This document shows positions 12,399-23,700 of a DNA stretch of 64,000 nt, piece by piece. Under the pieces are notes generated by a model. That model ran no database searches, was not told the origin of the DNA, and saw nothing but the letters and a program-made list of their open reading frames with translations. The stretch spans positions 10,354,001 through 10,418,000 of the forward strand of contig NC_043025.1 in assembly GCF_006345805.1 (NCBI RefSeq), given 5' to 3'. The stretch's first letter is position 1, and every line of letters begins with the position of its first letter. Position numbers and translations under genes: made by a program. Source of the stretch: Octopus sinensis (lineage: Eukaryota).

Positions 12399-14188
12399 TT
12401 GTGTTTGTCCCCCTAGCATTGCTTGACAACCGATGCTGGTGTGTTTACGTCCCCGTAACTTAGCGGTTCGGCAAAAGACACCGATAGAATAAGTACTGGG
12501 CTTACAAAGAATAAGTCCTGGGGTCGAGTTGCTCGATTAAAGGCGGTGCTCCAGCATGGCCGCAGTCAAATGACTGAAACAAGTAAAAGAGTAATAGTAT
12601 TTTAAGAGCTCCTGCAAAATGTTTGCTTTAGATGTATGTATTGGTGTGTATTGCAAGAAACGTCTAGGTTTCTCTTTCTAGCATTTCACGTGATTTAACC
12701 TACACAAGTTAATGTGTGAAAGACAAAATAGGAATTTTGAAAAAACTTTCTATAAAACTAGTTTTTAAACATTGAATTACCCATTCAACAGTGGGGTCCA
12801 CCAGAATGAAATAGTAATCAAAAGGGTCCATTGATGAAAATGGTTGAGGGCCTTTTCTCTAGAGTCTGTTGGAGTTTAACATGTAGGATGATTGAGATGT
12901 CCCGTTACCACTTAAATGATTTGTAAAATTTGAATTTTTTTTTTTTTTTTTTCCAATTTTGTTAAAATTTTGGTTTCCTATATTTTTAATACCATCTGTA
13001 TTATTTGTTTGGAACATCTTGCAGGCATGGCCGTGTGTTTAAGAAGCTTGCTTTGTTGCAACCATGCGGTTTTGCGTTCAGTCCCAACTGAACCAAGGTC
13101 AGCTTTGCCTCTTATCCTTTGCTAGGGTGGTCAGAGGTCAATTAAAAAAAAAAAAAAGTACCAATCCAGGTCTGTAGATTTGCAGAACTGTAAGATGTTC
13201 TGTAATATTTGTTTTGGCGCTTTGCATTCTGAGTTCAAATCCTGTCATGGCCTTACATGGGTGATCCACCTAACCAGCTGCCTGGTGTAATGTCATCACC
13301 TAGTACATTGGGTGCCCTTTGCATACTTCATTGTTGCAAACATTCGAGCCAAGTCTCTGGTGTGAGGACACCTTCCTCCCAGGGTCAGAGGCCTTGTAAA
13401 GAGTTATAACCCCTCTCTTTTGACTGGAAGAAGATTAGCTGTCATAGTATTTTTCCAGTCTTCAAGATTGAAGGTGGGGTGGTGAGCAAGGTGGGAATAA
13501 GAAATCCTGACTTGTGGTTTGGTTGTGAGTAGAGCCTCAGGATCATTGGATCTTATCTGTGGCCAGAGACCAAAGGCTAACCGTTAAGGAATATTAAAAC
13601 CAGACTGCACCGTGTTAAGCCTGCAAGACAAAGATACTGGATGCAGTTACAAATAAAAAAGGATTTTTTTTTCTGTTTTTGATAAGTCAGGGTAGGAAGG
13701 ACAGCATTGATGACCTTTTTACAGGCTTTCCAAGACTAGTGAAGAAAAAAGATGGAAGAAATCAAGACTCATGGATTACTGCTGTAGGCTATTGAGAGCA
13801 ATAAAGTAATAATGAGTTTATGGTATACAGTAGTCAAGTGCACTACATTTTGTCAGAAAATGATAAAATAGGGGACAAAGTGGTGCTAAGACAGTAATGA
13901 TAGGTAAAGATTCATGCAGGTTCTTGGTAAAGGTACATCAGGTTCATGTAGCTGGAATATATCTTGGTTTCCATGATGTATGAGTGACTGGGAGTATGGT
14001 ATTCTCTATTGAGTAGAGCACTAGTCTGTTCAGCTACTCAGAGTATTTGGTTAGTACTCATTTTCTGCTGAGTGGTCCGAGAGCAACATGAAAAATTTAA
14101 GAACAACTTGCCACTTAGTGGTTAGAGTGTTGGGTTCACGTTCATAAAGTTGTGGTTTCAGTTTTCAGACTGTTGTGTGTCTTTACAT

Positions 14189-14407
14189 CAGTGGTTTTCA
14201 ACCAGAGTTCCGCGGAACCTTAGGGTTCCGCCAATACAGTCCAGGGGTTCTGCAAGAAGTTACAAAACTGCTAAAATCGGCAGTAATTTTTAATTTTCCT
14301 GTGCAGATATGTGTGCATAAGACTATTAAATTATTGTACAGGAGTTCCCCGAGCCAGTGGAATGTTTCCTTGGGGTTCCGCTCCAGCAAAAAGTTTGAAA
14401 AGCACTG
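14189..14407. mobile_element. hAT-type MITE, same family, opposite orientation
   Basis: Reverse complement of 4985-5203; perfect 8-bp TSD CTTTACAT. Confidence 0.9.
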
Positions 14408-14829
14408 CTTTACATATATGCGAAGTAGACATGATGAAACAACAACAGTAAAAACAAAGAAGTGTATTTGTGGGGAGGGGCAGTAACAGAGGAAAAGAAT
14501 CCATAGGTGCTTTCTTTAGAGTGCAGGAGTGGCGTTACTTCACTAAAGACTCAGGGGCTAGTGGTGGTTTCAAATTGGGCAATTGGTGTACCACTCAAAA
14601 TATCATCATTGCATTCCACTTCTTCAAACAGGGCTGTTAAACGTTTCTGGTCGCATGACCCACCAATCTAAATCTCTCGGTTGATACCAGATGCCCTGCA
14701 GTAATTTGTAGGTTTATCTTTCTAGAACTTTGTTGCTCATGTGATCTGCCGCTTGATGGTGAAGATGAATTACAGGCCCCCTCGGTTGTATTAGATGTGG
14801 GAATGGCAAAAGACCCAGTTGGGTTGGTG

Positions 14830-15200
14830 TCATAGCCAAAACATTGATAAATTTGCAGGAAGTGGATTGCTGAGACATAGCAAAAGTTTACCTTCAACAA
14901 AGACTAGGTCTGCATTCCAAGCTGGAATATGTCATTCTGCAACAATTATTCCACCATGGGCCTGAAATGAGGCTTTACAGACTTCAGTTGAGGTCCACTG
15001 TGATATATTGCTCATATCTGGAACAGCGCTGTAGTTGCATACTTTGTGCATGTTGAAAAGGAGTCACTTAACTGCTCAGCAGTAAAGCCATTGACAGGCA
15101 CACTCCAGCTTTTGGCCTACCAACCTGCTACATCCTCACTTTTACATTTTTATCTCTAATAAAAGAGCCTTTGCTCTTCAGAGCATCCTGGGCTCCTGCC
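14830..15200 (+). mobile_element. Highly degenerate LINE RT C-terminal remnant (CR1/Jockey group)
   Basis: Traces of FN.SKT and YCSHIW-like motifs with many stops; family uncertain. Confidence 0.35.
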
Positions 15201-15686
15201 ACTACCACTCATTTTTCATGACCTACTTTTCACTCCTCCCATAATGCTACCAGGTCAGGAATTGATCCCACAACCTTATAATCATGAACCTGACACTTTA
15301 ACCACTTGGCCACGAATGTAATATTTAAGTTAGCTTTATCATCAATCCGGTGGTTCAGATATTAGTTATAACTGGCACATCTGGGACTGATGCTTTCTCT
15401 CATAGAGTTTTGTTATGATAGATTTGTGAGGGAAATTTAAAAGGTGCTATGTGAAAGCCCGACAGGCTGAATGTGTGTGGGTTTGGATGTGTAAAATTGG
15501 TTGAGCATCATGTTAATTAGACAAGTGAATGAAGTTGATATAATCAAGTAAAACTGTTGTGGATGCTGGTTTAGCATTGTTGGAGTCCCATTGCTGAGAA
15601 TTTGTGAAAGTATGTGAAGAAAGGAATGTGTGAGTATGTGTATGTATAGCCACTGTGTGTGATAATACAGAAATGTATAGTGTGTA

Positions 15687-15746
<60 letters not shown>

Positions 15747-16596
15747 CTTTGTTCTTGTTCTTTGTTCTTCCAGTTTCAGCTCTTGAGCTGTGGCCATGCT
15801 GGGGCACCGCCATTGTGGTGAAAGAGTACAGGAGGGATCACCACCCCCTGCCGGAGCCTCGTAGAGCTTTTAGGTGTTTTCGCTCAATAAACACACACAA
15901 CGCCCGGTCTGAGAATCGAAACCGCGATCCTGCGACCGCAAGTCCGCTGCCCTAACCACTAGGCCATTGCGCCTCTACATATATATATATATACTTGGTA
16001 TGTATGGAAACAGATCTACACAGTTAATATACATGCAAAAAATATATGCATAGTGAACATTTATGATAATGTGTGTATATAAACGGGTTTATAACGTAAA
16101 TATCTATAGCTAATGTGTATATATAACATGTCTTAAACATATGTGTATTACTATATATATATATATATATTATATTATATGACTGTGTGGATTAAGTTTG
16201 CTTCCTGACCATGTAGTTTCAGGTTCAGTCTTTGTGACACCATGAGCAAATGTCTTCTATTGTAGCCTTGGGCTGACCAAAATCTTTTGCACGAATATAG
16301 TAGACATAAACGGAAATAAGCTTGTGTTTCTGTGTAAGTTTATTTCCTTGTTTACAGGGATTCATTCCCTTGTATATAATGGCTTCACTAGCAATGTCAT
16401 TGTGCTTTCATGATGGACAGGTTTCTTGACTTGTCTTCACCAGTTTTTCAACCACTTCTTCCTGGGTTTTTTTAATGCAAATTTGTCAAGTTTATTTGTT
16501 GTTTGATAGACTTTGATTATTAGCTTGAAATTTAGTTGTCGTTTGGAGACAGAAGGGGATCCAGCTGCAGAAAGCTTGCCACCAACATACTATGAT

Positions 16597-16626
16597 CCAT
16601 GCATGCATGGAAGAATAGACATTGAG

Positions 16627-16670
<44 letters not shown>

Positions 16671-16995
16671 GTAAATATAATATGTGACAGTTATTCAGTA
16701 GCCATGATAAAACTCCCAAGTTATTGGGCCATCGAAAAAAATGCTATGAAAAAATATGTGAGTGTGTGAAGGCTGTGTGATACTCTCATGTTCCATGCAT
16801 GCATGGAAAGATAGACATTGGAGATTTATATATATCTGTATCTGTAAATATAATACGTGACAGTTATTTGGTAGCCATGATAAAATCCTGAGTTTCGGAT
16901 GTCGGGCCGGAAACCCACGCCAGCATCTCTTCAGTTATTGGGCCATCGGAAAAAATGCTATGAAAAAATGTGTGTGTGTGTGAGAGTGAGAGAAG
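16597..16995. repeat. Diverged tandem dimer (units of about 196 bp and about 200 bp)
   Basis: Both units start with the palindrome ccatgcatgcatgg (16597 and 16793) and share gacagttatt..gtagccatgataaa and gttattgggccatcg. Confidence 0.85.
16879..16942 (-). ncRNA. Degenerate type I hammerhead ribozyme in the second unit of a tandem dimer
   Basis: Minus strand reads CCCAAUAA-CUGAAGA-GAUG...CAUCC-GAAA-CUCAGG-AUUUUAUC; the missing stem III 3' strand GAGUU-UUAUC survives in unit 1 (16706-16728). Confidence 0.5.
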
Positions 16996-17169
16996 GCTGT
17001 GTGTTGTGTTCTTGGCCAAGACACTTTATTTCATGTTGCTCCAATTCACTCAACTGTAGAAATGAGTTGCAATGTCACTGGTGCCAAGCTGTATCAGTCT
17101 TTGCCTTTCCCATGGACAACATGAATGGCATGACCGAAGGGTTTATATATATATATATGTAATTGTAAT

Positions 17170-17396
17170 AATGAAGTCAAACCAAATAGTGTTATTTTGA
17201 AATCATTTAATATGTATGTTTCAGGTTTACATAATATATAATAGGAAATGCATCGATTACATAAACCTTTCTTTGTTATAGATGCTTTAACTGAAAAAGG
17301 TTTACACAATGGATACATTTCCTATTATATATTATGCAAGCCTGAAACATATATATTAAATGATTTCAAAATATCACTATTTGGTTTGACTGCATT
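17170..17396. repeat. AT-rich inverted repeat (MITE-like)
   Basis: Arms of about 85 bp, agtcaaaccaaatagtg...ggaaatgcatc and its reverse complement, with about 6 mismatches. Confidence 0.9.
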
Positions 17397-20230
17397 CTTA
17401 CAACTAATGACTTGATACCAGTACAAACTAACCAGTCCAAACTCCACTTACGCAGGTAGTTTAACAATGATTGTGTGTGTGTGTGTAATGTAATAAATGT
17501 GAAAACTAATTTGTGTGTCAGTGAGTCACATTCCCCCCCCCCCCGCTCACTATTCAATGACCCTTCTACTATTCCTCATGCTGGGGTGAGAGTAATAGTA
17601 GGCATAATGACAGTGAGTAGCAATAGTAATAGATCTAATTTTCAAATCTAACCTTGACTTAATGCCACATGATGTAGCAAGTCTGTGAGACTTAATGCTG
17701 TGTGCTACCCCCAATACATAACTGTTTATTCCAGCAAGAGAAATAGCTGCTGTTTCTGTTTTACAGTTAATCTGTGATTGGTGTGCAAGAATGTGGTCAT
17801 TCTTTGCTGTGTGTAAAGCTTGAGCTTTGTATCTCTGGTCATTACTACTGCTCTCAGGTGGCAGTAGGGCCTGTCAGTCAGTATTGTTGTATTTATCTCT
17901 GAGCAAGGAAACCTACTATTAAAGATATTCAAACCATGACATCCTGGCTTTTTAGGAGCCTAGCATCATCATCTCCAATGTTGGGTGTTGTTATTTGAAG
18001 GAGCTTTTGCTACAGAGTTGAGGCCCATGCTTCCTCACTGGTTTCCACTAAATTACTCTGTTGTATCATTGTTGCTTAGCCTCAGGTAAGGCCTGATCTA
18101 ACAGATAGGCCTATGACCAAAGGCATTTTAGCCATTACTATCTTCTCTTATTTTCAGACACTTCTATTAGTTAAGAACTATATTGTCCTCTGTGATCTCT
18201 CATTGGTCTTTAAAGTGGTAGTGTGTGGTTCAAGGGAGTTTAGGTTGCTATTTCTAACAAGCTGAGCAACCATATCGAGCTTCATTCTTTCCTGAATGTT
18301 TTTTGTTGTTTAGCCCCGGGTCATCTCCATCTAGTCAGACCTATAATCAAAGTCATTCCCGCCATCACCATCCTGTCTTTTCTCTATGTGCAGGAAACCC
18401 AGGATTTGATTAACCAATGTATCCTTTTCTAAGACAGTGTGGTGTGATTTGAGGATAATTCAGTCTGCTATTTCTTGCAAGCTAACTGTTCATGTGGTGC
18501 TCCTTTTGTGGCTTATATTGAAAACAATATAAGCCATTAAAGGGGCACCACATGAACAGTTATACAAAAGTGTCACAGATCAACACTTTTTTTTTTTCCA
18601 GACGTCCGGTCACATGTATATTGTATCATCATCATTGTTTTAACCCTTTAAGCATTCAGATTACTTTGTCAAATGTAATTCTTATTTATCCACAATGTTT
18701 TGAATTAATCAAGCATCATCTCCTAGCTTTGAGATTTCAATGATGTGGTTGTTTACTTTTAGAACGAGGTTGTAAGGTTGGTCTGAGAGGCTGAATTCGG
18801 TCAGTTTGAACATAAAACAGATTATTTTGGCCAGATGTGGCTGGTTTCAATGTTAATGGGTTAATGTCTACTTTTCCATGCTGGCATGTGTCGTCAGATG
18901 GAATTTAAGGCAGGTTCTGTGTAGCCTGATGCCTTTCCTGTTTCCAAGTAGAGTAATGTTTCCTGTAGTCTGGAGATGTCTTCATGGAAGATTGCAGACA
19001 AATGTCTCTGCTTGTATGGCAGTGATGTTTGACCAGGCAGAAGACCGCACCAGACTTGTGTGTCTGTTTTGGCACAGTTTTTGCAGCTGAATGCCCTTCC
19101 AAGCACACCAACCAACCCATAGAGTGAATGCTTTTTACATGGCACCAGCACAGGCCAGTTCAGTTTCGGCATGGTTTCTACAACTGTATGCACTTCCAAA
19201 TGCTAACCATTCTACAGTGGAGTCTGTCTGGATGCTTTTTGCATGACATCAGCCCTTAGCAAGGTCACCAAGTAACTTGCAAGATAAAAAAAAAAAAACC
19301 TTTGAGAGGAGAGGGGCATTTGAGGAGGTGTAAGTAAAATTTAAGCAAATCATGACACAAAAGACTACCCAAAAACAATCAAGCACTCAGTGGTCTTACA
19401 AGAACATTAAATTTGAAAATGTTATTAGAAAAAGTTTGTGGCCTACGTGTGGTAAGTAGCTTGCTAACTAACCACATGGTTCCGGATTCAGTCCCACTGC
19501 ATGGCACCTTGGGCAAGTGTCTTCTGCTATAGCCTCGGGCCGACCAAAGCCTTGTGAGTGGATTTGGTAGACGGAAACTGAAAGAAGCCTGTTGTATATA
19601 TGTATTTATATATATATATATATATGTGCGGGTGGCACGTAAAAAGCACCCACTACTCACGGAGTGGTTGGCGTTAGGAATGGCATCCAGCCGTAGAAAC
19701 ACTGCCAGATCAGACTGGGCCTGATGCAGCCTTCTGGCTTCACAGACCCCAGTTGAACCGTCCAACCCATGCTAGCATGGAAAGCGGACGCTAAATGATG
19801 ATGATGATGTATGTGTGTATGTGTATATGTTTGTGTGTCTGTGTTTGTCCCCCCAACATCGCTTGACAACCGATGCTGGTGTGTTTACGTCCCCATCACT
19901 TAGCGGTTCGGCAAAAGAGACCGATAGAATAAGTACTGAGCTTACAAAGAATAAGTCCCGGGGTCGATCTGCTCAACTAAAGGCGGTACTCCAGCATGGC
20001 CGCAGTCAAATGACTGAAACAAGTAAAAGAGAGAGTGACCCTGTTAGGGGTTGTGGCTGGTGATGATGCATCAGCAGTGCTATGTTAGCACATATTCTTA
20101 GCTTTCTTCCCAAATTCCTCATCTATCATTTTGCCTTATGATTGATTATAATATTACTGTTTCTCTTCAGTTTTTTTTTTTTTTTTTTTTTTGTATGTCT
20201 CTTATTTGAGTCATCTGTCTAATTAATTAG

Positions 20231-20325
20231 CGAGTCCTCCCTATGGGCCTGGCCCACGATGGAAGCACTCACATGTACTAGAACCGCTTCCAACTTCAAT
20301 GTTCACCCGTCACCATCGCACTAAT
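20231..20325 (+). other. Candidate cassette (poison) exon of RBM39
   Basis: GC-rich 95-nt block after a long T run and attag|; donor aat|gtaagt; stops in the phase-0 and phase-2 frames. No transcript evidence. Confidence 0.33.
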
Positions 20326-20728
20326 GTAAGTAGACTTGTTACAAATAAATCATTATTGTTTATTTATTGTCACCTTTCAGCTGATAGTTATGGTTTGTCT
20401 TGTAACAGCAGTGCAACGACATCTGTTCTCTGTTTTTGATAAATGCTGCCTGACCGGAATTATGGATGTAGTTTAAGTGTTTATAGCTTTGAACATCCTA
20501 CTTTCAGTGTATACTCTTTTACTCTTTTACTTGTTTCAGTCATTTGACTGCGGCCATGCTGGAGCACCGCCTTTAGTCGAGCAAATCGTCCCCGGGACTT
20601 GTTCTTTGCAAGCCCAGTACTTATTCTATCGGTCTCTTTTGCCGAACCGCTAAGTGACGGGGACGTAAACACACCAGCATCAGTTGTCAAGCAATGCTAG
20701 GGGGACAAACACAGACACACAAACACAT

Positions 20729-20787
<59 letters not shown>

Positions 20788-23700
20788 TACATATATACGA
20801 CAGGCTTCTTTCAGGTTCCGTCTACCAAGTCCACTCACAAGGCATTGGTCGGCCCGGGGCTATAGTAGAAGACACTTGCCCAAGATGCCACGCAGTGGGA
20901 CTGAACCCGGAACCATGTGGTTGGTTAGCAAGCTACTTACCACACAGCCACTCCTGCGCCTGTATGCATGTTATCTCAGTAATAGTTGTATTCTTGTTTA
21001 ACCCAGGTCAACTCTGATCCAGTAGACTTATGATCAAAACTAATGTAGGTGCTACCTGCCTATTTTTTTGTATCCAGACTTGACACCCCTAGGGTTGGTG
21101 TCATGTAAATGGCACCCTGCTGGTGTTGTGTAAATGGCACTTGTGAAATTATAGTTGTGCCTGTTGCAGGTGTCAGTGGCACATAAAAGCACCCATTACA
21201 CTCTTGGAATGGCTGGCATTAGGAAGGGCATCTAGCTGTAGAAACCATGCCAAATCAGGCTGGAGCCTGGCGTAGCTCTCTGGCTTACTAGATCCAGTCA
21301 AACTGTTTAGCCCGTGCCAGCATGGAAAGTGGATGTTAAAGGAGGATGCTGATGTGCCTTTCCTTGGTGATTTAAGAGGGAGATGTAGTTGCTATTTCTT
21401 GCAGGTTGTTACCTTATAGAGGCTCACTTGTGGCTTGAAATGATAATGTTTGTTAAGCGCCAAAGTGGCTACTGTATTAAGTATGGTCGAATTAATGTCT
21501 GCTTAGTATGGTATTAGGTTCTGTGGCATTAGAAGGCTTGACAAGTAGAATCTGTAGAATCTGGAAGTGAGACTTCTACATTACTCTTTTACTCGTTTCA
21601 GTCATTTGACTGTGGCCATGCTGGAGTACCGCCTTTAGTCGAGCAGATCGACCCCGGGACTTATTCTTTGTAAGCCCAGTACTTATTCTATCGGGCTCTT
21701 TTTGCCGAACCGCTAAGTGACGGGGACGTAAACACACCAGCATCGGTTGTCAAGCAATGCTAGGAGGACAAACACAAACACACATATATATATACATATA
21801 TACGACAGGCTTCTTTCAGTTTCCATTTACCAAATCCACTCACAAGGCATTGGTCGGCCCGAGGCTGTAGCAGAAGACACTTGCCCAAGATGCCACGCAG
21901 TGGGATTGAACCCGGAACCATGTGGTTGGTTAGCAAGCTACTTACCACACAGCCACTCCTGCGCCATTGTTAATTATTAGAATCTAAAATAGTGTTGATG
22001 ATAATTTCATAACCATATAGTCTTTGGTTCAATTCCCCTGTGTGGGCGCTGTAGGTAAATGCGTTTTCACTGATATATGTATCGTTGTATTTTGATGGTT
22101 GTAAATAAGCTTCACCGTCAGACAAGTGATGTATATTTTCAAGGATGACTAGAAATGAGCTTCATGTCTGAAAGAATATGTTTGGACATATGGAAACATT
22201 AGCTTGTTTGGAGACAGGCGAAAGGGTTGATGACAGGAAGGTCATCCAACTATAGAAAATCTACATCAGCAAATTGTTTGATCCATGTGAGCATGGTAGA
22301 TATTAAAATGATGAAGAATAATCATAAATTTTGTTACACACAGTGGCTCAGATTTTAGGGGCAGAGAACTATTATATCAGTGTTAGTTGACCCAGAAAAG
22401 ATGAATTAAGCCCCAGGGTTAATTGTCAAACATTTTACCCGATTCCTCCACAAATTCTTAGAAAGTAATCCTAAGAACGACATCTGTATTTATTAGCCAT
22501 TTTGTGATGATATTTCTAGGGAATTGACCAGGCGGTTTAATTAATCATAAAGCGTGAGGGGTTTGGTAAATGTTCCTATTTCATAATTATTCTAAGACTA
22601 AGTAGAAATTATGATGGTACACTTTAAAATGAATTACTATGTATGTTAGAAATTAGTCATTCTTAAGATGGTATCAAAAAGATGGGGATGGAGAGACAGG
22701 GAAGCTAGCGAGTACTATATGGAAACTGAATTCACATTCTGGTACCATTGGATCTTGTAACATCACCATATGTTTTGTGATTCACTTTAAATTATATACT
22801 CTTTTACTCTTTTACATGTTTCAGTCATTTGACTGCGGCCATGCTGGAGCACTGCCTTTAGTCGAGCAAATCGACCCCGGGACTTATTCTTTGTAAGCCC
22901 AGTACTTATTCTATCGGTCTCTTTTGCCAAACCGCTAAGTGACGGGTACGTAAACACACCAGCATCGGTTGTCAAGCAATGCTAGGGGTACAAACACAGA
23001 CACACAAACACATACTCATACATACATATATATACATATATACGACAGGCTTCTTTCAGTTTCCGTTTACCAAATCCACTCACAAGGCTTTGGTCGGCCC
23101 GAGGCTATAGCAGAAGACACTTGCCCAAGATGCCACGCAGTGGGACTGAACCCGGAACCATGTGGTTGGTTAGCAAGCTACTGACCACACAGCCACTCCT
23201 GCAATGATTTTACAAAGATATAAAATAATTTTTATTTAGTCTCTCACCCAATATCATTCCTGCTGGTTTGCCTCTCAGTCAAATGGTTTGGAGTTTGATG
23301 CTAGAGAGCAGCAATTTGAGAACGTGCTGCTTTGTCATATCTGTTTCTTTATTGCCCACAAGGGGACAAACAAGGACAGACAAATGGATTAAGTCGATTA
23401 CATTGACCCCAGTGCGTAACTGGTACTTAATTTATCGACCCCGAAAGGATGAAAGGCAAAGTCGACCTCGGCGGAATTTGAACTCAGAATGCAATGACCG
23501 CAATACCGCTAAGCATTTCGCCTGGTGTGCTAACGTTTCTGCCAGCTTGCCGCCTTATCATATCTTTGTCATATCTTCAGGTTATTGTATACATGTGTGT
23601 TTGTGTGCATGTGGATGTCTGTTTATGAGGCACAGAGATGACTGTGTGGTTAAAAAGTTTGCTTCCAAACCAAGTGTTTTCAGCTTCTTCCCATTGTGAG

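Noticed and set aside
18081-18091. Recursive splice-like ctcag|gtaagg
   Set aside because: Weak pyrimidine tract, and it lies in a degenerate interspersed repeat
2366-22560. Shared tttgtgatgatatttct (C-box-like) at 2362 and 22500 as possible C/D snoRNAs
   Set aside because: No properly spaced CTGA D box, terminal stem or recognisable guide
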